A DNA stretch of 63,447 nt, filler included. It is 5 parts of 5 records of this genome, joined end to end, with 100 filler letters (N's around TTAATTAATTAA, not from the genome) between each part and the next. Parts side by side here need not be neighbours in the genome. Positions count along the whole stretch, not along the records: positions 1 to 17,587 come from SRR20825019_3076; 4 more parts are not named here. The stretch is one strand, 5' to 3'. This document shows, piece by piece, positions 1-10,982 of this stretch (its first letter is position 1; each line of letters starts with the position of its first letter). The translations under genes were made by a program, and so were the position numbers. Under the pieces are notes generated by a model. It worked only from the letters and a program-made list of their open reading frames with translations, was not told the origin of the DNA and did no database searches.

Positions 1-651
1 GGGCAGCTCGGGGGCCTCCGGCGAAAAATATGAGACAGGAAGCTTGGTGTCAAAAGTTTTGCCATTGGTTGTGACACTCCCGACCATGTGGTCCAGCTTG
101 GAAGTGCCTTTCCTGAAGTAGACCGTAAACGCAAAGGTAATTTCCCCGACGGTCCCGTTCTCCTTATTGTACTTGAAGCAGTCATATTCCTTAGGCTGCT
201 CGGCGCAGGCATCAAAGTCTTCTGCGATAAATTCGAAAGGCATGCCGCTAGGTCCAGGCTCGATGGTAGTGGTCTCGGGGAGGCAGACTTTCACTGCAGC
301 ATTGAACCGGTACGTTTTCCCATCCTTGAAGTAGTCGCCCTTTAGAGTATTCTCGCTTTTCGTGTCGAAGGAGCCATCCATCCTTAAGGTGCCATGCTCC
401 TTCGTTGAAATGATGGTAAACCCGGCAAGAAGTGAAAAGCCCTCTTCTGAAGAGAATATGCTGTCCGTCACCATCACGTACCCTTCAGTCTTAAGCGGCC
501 ACTTGGGAGCGGCGGCGGGTGCACCAAAGAGGTACGCCCAGGCAGTCGAGAGGTAGGTGCGGGGCGTCGTTGAGCGCAGACTATTCGCGCGACAGCAAAC
601 CACCACAGCTGACAGAAGCAGAATGCGGCATAGGAAGTGCGACCTGGCCAT
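1..651 (-). CDS. Secreted protein, 3'-truncated by window start; possibly ependymin-related/LolA-like fold
   Basis: Not in the ORF track because it has no stop in the window. Open frame from ATG 651 to base 1: MARSHFLCRILLLSAVVVCCRANS (signal-peptide-like) ...AAAPKWPLKTEG...VSYFSPEAPELP. The P-x-W-P start and F-x-P-x-x-P end only loosely suggest ependymin-like proteins. Confidence 0.6.
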   Translation of the reverse strand, partial: MARSHFLCRILLLSAVVVCCRANSLRSTTPRTYLSTAWAYLFGAPAAAPKWPLKTEGYVMVTDSIFSSEEGFSLLAGFTIISTKEHGTLRMDGSFDTKSENTLKGDYFKDGKTYRFNAAVKVCLPETTTIEPGPSGMPFEFIAEDFDACAEQPKEYDCFKYNKENGTVGEITFAFTVYFRKGTSKLDHMVGSVTTNGKTFDTKLPVSYFSPEAPELP

Positions 652-2804
652 TCCGGATATATCACAAAGTTCGGTTTTAAGACATAATTTTCATGACTGT
701 CACGCCGCGGCGAAGCATGTTTGCCTGCCGCTGCTTGAGATCTTGGCGTAGGAGGCCCGTGGCGGCCGCGGTGGGCCACGGCGCAGTACTGACTCTACCG
801 GGCGGCCACAGCCTCACTTTGGTTTCAGTCAACGAGCTGTATTGCCGAGCAGTGCCACTCAGGCTTTGGGGTTGGACGCCCGCCCGGCGCGAGTCCGTCG
901 TCCGGGCCGGCCGGGCCTCCGGCCCCGCCGGCTCCCACCCCACCGGCTCCGGTTTCAGTTTTGTGGTAGTCCCGCCGGCGCGTTGTTCATTGGCGGGCTC
1001 TGCTGTGGGCCTGGTTGCCAGCCCGACGCTTCCGTCGGAGCTGCGCGGCCCGGCCGGCGGCCGGCCTCCAGTCCGCCACGGCCACCCACCGATGGTAAAG
1101 GTACCAGTAACCGTGAAATAACCAACCAACCCAGATGAGAACTGAAAGAGAGCACAATTGAGCTCCTGTGCGTTGCCGTAGGTGAGCCGCGTGGGCCTTG
1201 TATGCTACCGTACGGTAGCTGATAGGGGTCATCCTTCCCGGCAACCATCCGCGGATGGTTTAGATACCCGGGTGCCGAGTCATCAGTGAGCTGCTGTGTG
1301 TCTGCCCGTCCAGCGGCGGCCGCCACAAACCCAATCACTGACGGATCGTCCCAGCATGCGGCGCCCGCCGGTGGCGGTAGCCCCCAAAAATCGGAGCCCG
1401 GACCCCGCCGGCTGTCAGGGCCGCCCGTCGAGATGATCACTCACCCCTGAGCCTCGACCCTCAGCCCTGAGCCCGGGCCGTGACCAGGCCCACGCCCGTC
1501 TGTCATCAGGGCAGGCGGTGGCCGCGGGGGTGCACGGCCGAGTGGTACTGGTGGTCATATCCAAAGAACATAGGCACCGACCATATAAGACTCATCGGGC
1601 TTCCCTTGTTGCGAGCCGTCAGGACTCCATTCCTCCCTGATGGGTCCGTTCTGTCAGAGCCCTGCACTTAGAGCCAGCTTTTGAATTACGGCTCGAAGTA
1701 TCCGGTGCCGTCGTTTGTCAATCAATGTCTTACCGGGTTCTCGCATTATCGTTTGAATTGTCTCTCAGTATTTACACGCCGAGCCCTGTGAAGCTGGCCT
1801 GCCGAAGCCGTGCTGTATGCGTTATTCTCGCTATCCACTCCTGTCGACGGCGGTTCTTCCTACTCCATATTTTGACGCTGTTTCTAATACGTCTCCCATA
1901 CGTCTGGAGGTAGCTTTCATGGGACCGGAAAATGTGTTTCGAATACTGCGCCGAAGGGTGGACATGACACTCACTAGGGGACCGGACCCAGCGTCCGATC
2001 CGATCGGCCGGGTTGATTCAGCACTTATTAGCGTTACCGACGGATGACGGATTCCGATTGATCGGGAGCACGGCACGCCCGGATCACGGCCCGGCTTCCA
2101 CGGGGGGCGCGGCCCGGCGGGGCGCGGCCTCCCGGGCCGGGCCGGCGGCCCGCGCTCAGCCCGGCGCCCGCCCGCGCCACCCGGGGCGGCCGCCCGGCGC
2201 ACCGCCGGGCCCCCGGGTGGATCACCGCCGGCCGGTGCCGGTTCCGCCGGCGTGGGCCGGGCCGGGCCGGGGCCGGGCCAACTTCGAAACTTTTCGGGGG
2301 TGGCACTGCTGGGGTGCCCGGTGCCGCGGCCGCGGTCCCCGCTGAGGGGGCCAAGCCCGGCCCGGGGCGCCCGACCCGGCACACCGGCACACTTGGCGGT
2401 CCAGTCTCGTCCCCCGCCGGCCGGCCACGCCACGGTGCCGGGCACGCCGCGCCGGCTCAGGCGGCCTCGAACACATCTGCACTGCCTGGCCGCCGGGCCG
2501 GGCCGGGCCGGTGACTGCGGCGGCGGCCGGGCGGCCGGGCGTCGCCCGCCCGGCCGCAGTGAGTGCCGGCGGCGCCGGGCAGGCTCAGCGGGGCCCAGCG
2601 GCTCCGCGCTGGCTACCGAGTATTGTACCGCTGCCAATCAGCCTCGTGAGTGGCCGAGCTTGACAGTGATCAGCCCTGCCCGCCCCGCTGGCACGGTCCG
2701 GCATAAGTAGAGTAGGGGTTCGCTGAAGAGAATTTCAGTCTAATCATCAGTTCAGTTCTATTCTCAGTTCAGTTCTCCATTCAGTTGCATTCATCAGATA
2801 TCAT

Positions 2805-4204
2805 ATGAGCGATAGCTGGCGCTCTCAAGAGATACTTAGTCGTTTCGATGCTCCGGGCCAGAGTGGTGGTCCGTCAAGTGCAAAAGCCCCTCCCGCCGCG
2901 GAAGGACAGCCTGCAGGACATCCTGACTGGTATAGCAATGTTAACGAGGCAAAGTTGCCCTCAACTGAGGACTTTGTAATACCCGTCGTGGAAGTTATGG
3001 CAAAGCTTGATGGAGTAGGAGGTGACCATAAACCTGCGAGCAGCACCGTTAAGAAACCGATGGCGAAGGAAGAGAAATGGGTCCTCGTGGGCTTCTCGGC
3101 TCTGTTTTCAACTGCTGCTGCGGTAGTCTCTGTCATCCTTTGTATTGGTATTGTGGCCAGTGTTGTTATTGCACTCTTGGGTCAATCATCCGTTTCGCCA
3201 AACCACACCCTCACAGCCAACACAAAGTGGTCATTACTAGCGTGGGGCTTTCCTGATGGTGGCAAGGACACGGTGGATGGGACCAGCATGGTTCTTGTTG
3301 ATATCGACTCAACTGACACCATCACTAAGTATGCAGAGTCTGGGTATGTGGTTATATGCTATCTCAGCGCAGGCTCCACTGAACAGTGGCGAGATGACTA
3401 CAAGAACAGGTGAGGGAGTGGTGGCCGCACTGTACCGTTCACGAAATAGAATGACAGAGTGACAATGGCAGGCAGGCGGAATGGGATAGTCTGACAGTAG
3501 GGAAGATGGACAACTTCGATGAGAAATGGCTTGATATTACCCGCTTAAGCGAGCTAAAGGCGTTGTATGCTCCACGTTTTGATGAAGCCGCAGAGAGGGG
3601 ATGTCATGGCATTGAAGCAGACAACATCAACTGTCATAGCAATTCTGACTGCAGTACTTCAATCCCGGGTTCCCATTCGGCTGCAGAACTCAAGGCAGCT
3701 CAGGTTCGCTGACGGCACATATGCACCATGCGCACACCACTGACTCACAATTGTTGCGCAGATTGCATATTGTGAATGGCAATTGGGGTATATACACAGC
3801 AAAGGTATGCTGGCAGGAATGAAGAACGCAATGGATCTGTTGAATGAATCGACGTTGGGTACACAGTATGACTTTCACGTCAATGAAAGTTGCCATCAGG
3901 TAGTGGAATTTCATTCTGATTTCGACTGTTCTGAACAGATTCCTGCAGTATGATGAATGCCACCTGCTGTCGACCTTCACCGACCAAAACAAGCTCATTG
4001 CACAGGTACCATTTGCATCGCCCATATATCTAAATTGCTGGAACTAAACTCTGCTTGTAGGTGGAGTACTCACTTCCTGCAGACCCATCCGATTACTGCT
4101 CAGACGATACATCCAACAGCGTGACCACAAGAATGATGACCAAATACTGTGATGGAAGCAGCGGCTTGTGCTCATCTTCATCATCCTGGACGAACTGCTT
4201 CTAG
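2805..4204 (+). CDS. Type II membrane-anchored glycoside hydrolase family 114 (endo-alpha-1,4-polygalactosaminidase-like), 4 introns
   Basis: Manual splicing over four GT-AG introns joins ORFs 2805 and 3506 and later exons. Product has VICYLSAGSTEQWRDD, EKWLDIT, RFDEAAERGCHGIEADN, GMKN, DFHVNESCHQYDEC, VEY (GH114 pattern). TM segment WVLVGF...VVIALLG; stop TAG at 4202-4204. Confidence 0.85.
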
Positions 4205-4239
4205 ATCAACAATTCATATGGAACTAGGTTATCAATTGT

Positions 4240-5366
4240 CTATTGTATATTGCAGCGGCGACCTTTCGTCTCTTCTGCATCCTTTGAGCTAATGAGGGAG
4301 TTGATGGCATCTACAATATACTTTTCTGCGCGTTCCTCTGCAAACAGGTCAGCGAGCGTATTCAGGATCCCTCAAAGAGTATCCTACCAGGGGGAGCCTT
4401 TGCCGACTTGTATTTCTGAACCCCAACTACCCTAGAAGACCCCTTCACCTTCACAAATGTCTCGAATATCCAAGCATAAACATCTTGCACAGCATCGACG
4501 TCCTCTTCTCCCAAATAAAGTGCCGGGCCGTACGGACCCGCAATGTTGTGCGCCTCGTCAGGTAACCGGGAATCTTTCTCTTCATACCTATTACAGTCAA
4601 GTTAGGTGGCGGTGCTCATGGTGCATGGGCTGCCTTACGGATTCTCAGGCTTCTGCGGGAACCCATCTTCCTCTCCCTTGACATATGCCTTCGTGTTGAC
4701 TCCTACAAGGATGCCAGGACCAATCTTCTCAGCCAGAGGCGGCTCGGGCAGTGCAAGGATAGATTCGTCATCCATGGTTACATTTACTTCTGTTGGGCCT
4801 TCCTTTGGCCCGCCCCCTCGCGCCTTTGGCACAACACCATCCTTAGTTGCCAACCTACGAATCAAGTCAGTAGGAGATATATCTGCACGAGGAAGCACAC
4901 ACATTTGGATAAGTTTCTTTGCCTTTCTTAGCGATTGGTCATTCCCCCATGTGTACGTGACTATGACCTGGTTGTAGGGTTCTGTTGCAGTGTTAATTAA
5001 AAATGGATCCATCAAATACTCGTCCAGTGAGACGAAGTTGACATTGATCCAGTAGTTCTTTTCATCACAGAAGAGCTGGGTCATACGGCTGATACCCAAG
5101 TAAGTTACATGAGTATTTCTCTGCTCAAGCTCTGTCAAAAGAGTTGACAGTCTAAACGTTTGATCGCCCACAACCAGGACATCGACCTGGAATTCTGGGG
5201 TCAGTCTCACCACAACAAGGGAACTACTGAAAAAACGTACAACGATGGGATCTGTGGGAGGGAACTTTTCTTTCCTCTCTTCTTCCTTTTCTTTCCTCTC
5301 CTTTTCTTTATGCTTCTCGGTTTCCTTCCTATCTAGCTCTTTCAAGCTCACAGATTTCTTAGGCAT
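4240..5366 (-). CDS. Degenerate Ras-superfamily-like protein with C-terminal CaaX (RRCNIQ*), 3 introns
   Basis: ORF 4635..5366 plus two further exons from manual splicing. VDVLVVGDQTFRLSTLL, VIVTYTWGNDQSLRKAKKL and PGILVGVN echo small-GTPase strands; ends KGRRCNIQ-stop. Confidence 0.55.
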
Positions 5367-5778
5367 TTTGAAGCCGTGCCAACCGGTGGTCAGACAATAC
5401 TTGAGAAGTGAAATACAACTCCAAATTAAATAGTTGGTGTGCTTAGCTCCATGGTGTCTTGCAAACCAGAATGGCTTGGCCGGCCGGGGAAGAATATGGG
5501 GTTAACCGGCCTGCTTCGCGCCTTCGGCGGCCACAACCCCGGCGTGCCTCCCAGCGGCGGCGGCTCGCCCCATAGCCGGGACATGCGGACGCGTCCGGGC
5601 CCGCCCGGTCCGGTCGCCCGGCCGCCCAGGCGGCCGGCAGGCAGTGCCGGGCCGGTAGCCGCACCCGGCCCCGATGAGTCGTCCGGGGAGAAATAGTTCC
5701 ACCGCAGTTTATCGTATGAATAACGAAAACATTTCTTTTCTTGTGAATCGACTTCGAAACAATCATCATCAGACTCTC

Positions 5779-5817
5779 GCGGGAAAAGTGACCGTTGTTC
5801 GGTGGACTTTTGGCGCG
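5779..5817. promoter_or_regulatory. Pair of E2F-consensus sites (TTTCCCGC on minus, TTTGGCGC on plus)
   Basis: GCGGGAAAA at 5779-5787 and TTTTGGCGCG at 5808-5817 match TTTSSCGC, within the AT-rich core of a divergent spacer. Confidence 0.45.
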
Positions 5818-6387
5818 ACTATTTGGTGCCCGAGATCCGGGTCCCGTGCATCCGGATGTGACGATCCACTAGCCCAATCCAAACTGCGTGGGTTCAGGGT
5901 GGTGTTGTCATGCGAGGTACGGTAATGAGACACGTTCAGGGCCGGCCAACCGGAATCGCGGCCCAGACAGACATGCAAGCGACGACTCCCGTGTGGGACG
6001 GCGTCGCGGCACCGTTTGCATGGCCCCGGTTCCACGGCCCGGGCCGATCACAGCACACCCGACCACAGACTTGCGGGCCTGCCGTGTCCCTGGCAGGCTG
6101 TGGGCGTATGGTTCAACCTCTTAACGCTCTCGAGATACGGAGGCGCCTATTGCTCCAAGATGCCCCCTCACCAGCCAACCTGACAAACCACCTTACCAAC
6201 CGTTCGTAGGCCTGGGTGCCCAAATCTCCAACCAGGGGCTCCAACTGAAAGCTCAAGTCCTTTCACAACAAGGTGTTGATTCCGCTTGTTGATTTCCGGG
6301 TTTACATACTTGAGCTCGGCGTAGGTTTGGAAGGCAGAAGCTGGTCCACTGCGGGGAGTGCCCCCCCTTGTTAAGTGTTGTGCCAAC

Positions 6388-8547
6388 ATGATGTCAGGCG
6401 GTGCTAGTCGAGTGGTGAGGGCCAAGGTCCTCCGCCCTCCAGGCAGAGTTGGGACAGCGGAAAAGGAAAAGGAAAACCAAGTAGCTGGTGTTGCGAAGCG
6501 TTCGGGTTCTGTTGGCCGCACTGGCCTTCATGCTCCCAAAACAAACGTGACAGTTGCCGAGAAAAGTGCCCCAGAGTCAAAACTCGCGAAGCCTCGCAGC
6601 GTGGCTGACTTCAAACTCCACTTCAGTAAGGTGCAGCAGCAGCGTGACACGTCTCGGTTGATTGCTGCGAAAAGCGAGGCGAATAAGACTGCGAAGTTGT
6701 CAACGAAGCAGTTGACGGTTCCAAAGGAGTTCAGTTTTTCGACATCCTCTCGGGCCGATAGAAAGAAAACCACCGCAGAGAATAGCGCTGATGATATCAA
6801 TGGCGGCAGCGATAATACCGAGATGAAGAGGCCTCGCACCGCTCCGGCTGTTGCGCCGAGAACTCCAGCCAAGTCCAACATTGCACCCACAGTCCCCAAG
6901 CCCTTTTCCTTTTCAACATCAGCCCGCGCCGAGCGCGACAGGCAGTCCATTGGCCGGCCTGAAATGGAAGTCTCGCATGCGAAGATATCGCCACCCGGGA
7001 CTCCGGACAGCTTTGAAGGTGGGGGGTTCGTTGCGGACGCAGGTGCCTTGGATAGCATTTTGAACAGCGAGTCCAATAATATAATGGGCGACAACCCTCC
7101 CACAGCTGCTGGTAGACGAATCACGTTTTCTGCAAACGTTGTTGCTCCAGGGTCGGCAACTGCGGATAAACGCAAGTCTATATACGGTGGGGCACTCCGT
7201 GTCCCCGTGAAGAAGGCTCCCCAAAAGGTGGAGGCAGTAACCCCCAGGAAGAGTCTTGGACCCCCATTTGTTGTTCCAGCTCGCACACCAAGCCCAACCA
7301 GGGCACGGGCGAGTATGTATGTAGCACCATCCCGTGCGGCGCGGAGCCCTCATCACGCGAAGAGTACACCTACTTCGGTGAAGTCCGCCCGGATGATGAT
7401 TTGCCCCGGATGTTCCAGCTCGGTTGCAAAAGGCAACAGGTTCTGCGGAGGGTGTGGAAGCGCAATCGTGCAAGCGTGCCCGTCGTGTACGGCTCATGTT
7501 CCTCTGGGGGATCGATTCTGTGGTCAGTGCGGTGCTGACCAGAATCCCGCAATGCAGCACAAGCAATTGCCAGCGAGCCCTCCCGCTAGTCCAGTGAGGC
7601 GCACGCCCGAGCGGGTACCTGTAACAACCCCAGGGAGGAGTGCAACCGGAGCCACCCCGGGCCGTGCTCCTACTACTCCGGGCCATTCCATTGACTTTTC
7701 TGATCCTAGTGTTATGGATGCGCTGGCTGATCAATTCACGCAGGCGACCAGGACTCCCGCGGAGAAGAGTGCACGAAGGCGCCTTGGAGTCGGAGAGGTG
7801 AGCAAGTTTACTGTGAATGCTCCGCCAAAACAGAATGGAGAGGTCAAACCAACGTACATGGCCTCTTTCCCCCTGCGCCAAGTCAGCAACGACTTGGAAA
7901 ATGAGGAAGTGAAGGAAATTGTGCGCACCGAGTCCACAGAGGTTCCCTCTCAGGTGTCTGCATCGGCGTCTCCTGTTCTTGGACAGCCCCATTTAGCAAC
8001 TAAGGTCGCCTGGTCCGAGGATCTGGAGAATGAGAAAGCTCCAATGAATGCCGAGGACGCGGAGAAGCTCAGGCTTGAGGAGGAGGCCCTTCTGCGGGAG
8101 ATTGAGGCATTGGAAAGGATGGAGAAAGAAAAGGGAAAAGGCGGCAAGGACTCCACTGTAGTCCCTGATCGGAGCTCCATGGTTAGCCCGACTCCAAGCA
8201 ATAAGAATGTCAGTTTCTTGCCGCCCTCCCCGGAGATCCGGCGGTCTCTGGAAGCTACAGCAGAGGCTACTGCGGCACCTGAATTGGAGCTTGAGACCCT
8301 TAACATCGTTGATGACGACGACCTTATCGTGGGCCAGGATAATAAGGATATCCACAGAAAAGCGCGACTTCAGGAGCCGATCGCAAAGATGTTGGACTTC
8401 AACCAAACACCTGTGAAGGCCGGGGCTTCTGAAATCGCCGATGCCAGTCCGGTTTCCACGCCAATTTTCCGTCGTTTCTCCGTGGAGCTTCCATCAGATG
8501 GTCTGATTGTAAGGCCGCAGGTTGCTAAGCGCTCGCCATCACCATGA
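6388..8547 (+). CDS. TPX2-like microtubule-associated protein with double zinc ribbon
   Basis: Two TPX2-type motifs (LTVPKEFSFSTSSRA, PTVPKPFSFSTSARA); DZR CPGC..RFCGGCG..CPSC..RFCGQCG; many S/T-P sites; first ATG at 6388. Confidence 0.6.
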   Translation: MMSGGASRVVRAKVLRPPGRVGTAEKEKENQVAGVAKRSGSVGRTGLHAPKTNVTVAEKSAPESKLAKPRSVADFKLHFSKVQQQRDTSRLIAAKSEANKTAKLSTKQLTVPKEFSFSTSSRADRKKTTAENSADDINGGSDNTEMKRPRTAPAVAPRTPAKSNIAPTVPKPFSFSTSARAERDRQSIGRPEMEVSHAKISPPGTPDSFEGGGFVADAGALDSILNSESNNIMGDNPPTAAGRRITFSANVVAPGSATADKRKSIYGGALRVPVKKAPQKVEAVTPRKSLGPPFVVPARTPSPTRARASMYVAPSRAARSPHHAKSTPTSVKSARMMICPGCSSSVAKGNRFCGGCGSAIVQACPSCTAHVPLGDRFCGQCGADQNPAMQHKQLPASPPASPVRRTPERVPVTTPGRSATGATPGRAPTTPGHSIDFSDPSVMDALADQFTQATRTPAEKSARRRLGVGEVSKFTVNAPPKQNGEVKPTYMASFPLRQVSNDLENEEVKEIVRTESTEVPSQVSASASPVLGQPHLATKVAWSEDLENEKAPMNAEDAEKLRLEEEALLREIEALERMEKEKGKGGKDSTVVPDRSSMVSPTPSNKNVSFLPPSPEIRRSLEATAEATAAPELELETLNIVDDDDLIVGQDNKDIHRKARLQEPIAKMLDFNQTPVKAGASEIADASPVSTPIFRRFSVELPSDGLIVRPQVAKRSPSP

Positions 8548-8564
8548 ATTGCCATGGAGCTCTG

Positions 8565-10875
8565 TCATACGCACATGCGCAATTGCCGTACTAGGAACTT
8601 CGGAACCGCCGTTGTCGGCTTGTTTGTATTGTACAACAATAAAGTAGAGGAACACTGTGGTGATCCCTTATAAGACCCGACATCCCTGGCTATTAGCTGG
8701 TATCGACTATTTTTACTTGCTGATGGTGATCCCTTTACAACTGCAAACCCGGAGGAGGCACATGGCCATCGCACTTGTGATATCCAGTGACCCACATTGG
8801 GCACATTTGCCACAGGAGCTTTTCTCCAGGAGTGTGTCGGAAAATGCGACTGGTCATGGGGTCGGTGCACCTCTTCGCAATATCCTCTAGCAAATGCCTT
8901 GCGGCCGCGGCCACCTGCTCGTTGCGTGAATCAAGCTTGGCTGTTAAGCTTTGAAGATATTCATCATCATAGTCATCAGGTGCAAATGAAACCGATGCCT
9001 CTGCAATGCTATTGCTTGGATTCTTGAAAGACCGTTCCGTTCGCATCACCTTGGCTAGGATTTTGTTTCGCTCACGAGATGCGTATGTACTGGATCACTC
9101 CGTCAAATGCGAAAACTTCCACAAACCTAGCACTCACCTGTGGCAGAATGGGTCCCGAACCGAGTCATATGGCCGAACGATCGGCCCTGATGGTGTCATA
9201 TTCTGATCCCAATTCATCTCAAGAAGCTTTAACCTGGGCACCCGATGCACAGGCAAAGGTTTCGGCTTAGCCGACTTCGACTTCTTCTTTGGCTTTTTAG
9301 TCTTCTTTCCATCCTCTTTTACCTTTTCCATGAGTTCTCTGAAACGTCTGGTTAAACAATACACACCAAATGGCAATTCCACATGGTACGCACTGGAATT
9401 GGTTCTTGATATCATCTTGGATCTTATCTAGAGTTTTCTTGGCGGTTTCAGCGATGTGATCAGGGGGGTATTCGTGTGTTCGCTCCTTCAAGACGAATCG
9501 TGTCCTTTTGTGGCCCTCCTTATCCTTCTTGTCCTTGGGAGGTTGTGGAATTAAGTCTGCGGCTTCATCGAGCTGTAGATATCACTTGTCAGTAACATCG
9601 TTGGATGGTGCTCACCATTACCTTTACCTCATTACCCTCTTCGGCGTCGTCAGGGTTGACAGCCTCATCCTTCATCGAACAGCAGATAATCATACTGCCA
9701 ATTACCCTGTTTCCCTCTAACATATCTGTTACTTCAATCTCTACACCATCCGGGTTGTCCAGCTGAAGAAACATGAGAGTTTTAGATAATATCTCGCATG
9801 AGCACCTCACATGTCGTACCGCTCCCAAGTCAGACAAAAGCGCCTCATACTTTCCAATTTCTTCCTCCTTCGCCTCAAAGCCATCATCGTCTTCCTCGTC
9901 TTCGTTCACTCCCCTCTCGTTATCAGCCGCGGCATGCGGTAAAGATGTCACAACGGTGATGATAAACTTGCTGTCATCCTCCACCCCACGTATATTCCTA
10001 CTGAGCATTAGCAACATTGGTGACGCTGTGATGCGAATCCTCACATTTGAAGCTCTCTTCCTTGACCCAGGTCAAGTTCCCAGAGGTCGTGCGCACCTGC
10101 CTCGCCTGTCTCATCCGCGACGATACTTTCATCCGGCTCCTGTTCAATTTTTTTCGCGGAAAGTCCACTAATGACGTCCTGTACCGGCCCCGCTTGGACA
10201 TCAAACAAGAACGTGCGCTCCTCCGAAGCATCCTGAGATGTTCTGAACTGAGCCCTGGCTATATTTACATCCAAAGTTTTCTTGTTTTCCCATCTGACGA
10301 CTTGATTTTCCATTTTGATGGTCCCCAGACCATCGATATCAATGCATTGATCCTTCACAACCTTCAGCAAAGGTAGTTCGCAACCACCGCCCGTCAAATC
10401 TGTTCCTTCATACAAGACTTTAGCCCGTACAGTGGCACTTTCGGCGTTATCAATCCCAGTTCTGCCATTAAGTCAGGAGTGAAGTGGAACAAACAAATTC
10501 CTCCTTACAATTTCATGGTTGAATTCCATATCAATGACTCGTCGACACTAGGCAGCGCCTGCGGGGTTTCATGCGAGTGAGGGCCCACCTCAAGAGACAC
10601 AGAATAAAGTGCACCATCCAAGTACTGTTCCAAGAACCCCTCGACCACTAAGGGAAAGTGAGAACATGAAGCACTCTCATATACTCACGTTTACCTGTAA
10701 GCTTTACGTTCACAATGCTTGAGAACTCACGAAAGCTGATTCGTGGCGCCCTCTCTTCAGGTTCTTCTGCACCAGGATCATCGCCTACGTGTTCACTGTC
10801 CTCAACCGGTGTGTTGGCCTCGGTCCGTTTCTCATCAGCAATAACTTCGTTTACAGGGGCGTCGTCCTCACTCAT
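8565..10875 (-). CDS. Multi-exon hypothetical protein with N-terminal C2-like domain
   Basis: Minus ORFs 10648-10875, 10041-10415, 9589-10044, 9297-9491, 9134-9415, 8735-9049 and 8565-8870 appear to be exons of one gene; GT-AG introns were traced at several junctions, not all. YSVSLEVG..ET..LIWNSTMKL..VRAKVLYE..GGCELPL resembles a C2 domain. Confidence 0.6.
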
Positions 10876-10962
10876 GATTGCAGTCGATCACGCACACCGA
10901 GACTCTTGTGACCGCACGTTTCTTTTGCGTTTGGTCAACTCGACAAACTACTTGTATCTAAC

Positions 10963-10982
10963 ATATATATATATATATATAT
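10963..10982. repeat. (AT)10 microsatellite
   Basis: atatatatatatatatatat read directly, about 90 nt upstream of the 10875 start codon. Confidence 0.9.

Noticed and set aside
677-2710. Many overlapping Pro/Arg/Gly/Ala-rich ORFs in GC-rich spacers (also 5439-6209, 10948-11663, 16636-17635, 18127-18760, 24310-25327, 28671-29841, 33002-33974, 56099-57325)
   Set aside because: Stop-codon scarcity in near-pure GC DNA; open in several frames on both strands, with no domain motifs.
5187-5240. ORF-track peptide VRFFSSSLVVVRLTPEFQ (and similarly 55199-55252)
   Set aside because: Each is a 54-nt GT-AG segment of typical intron size with a branch-point-like motif; most likely an in-frame intron, not protein.
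8657-9270. Plus-strand ORFs as a continuation of the TPX2-like gene
   Set aside because: They are antisense shadows of the spliced minus-strand gene ending at 8565.
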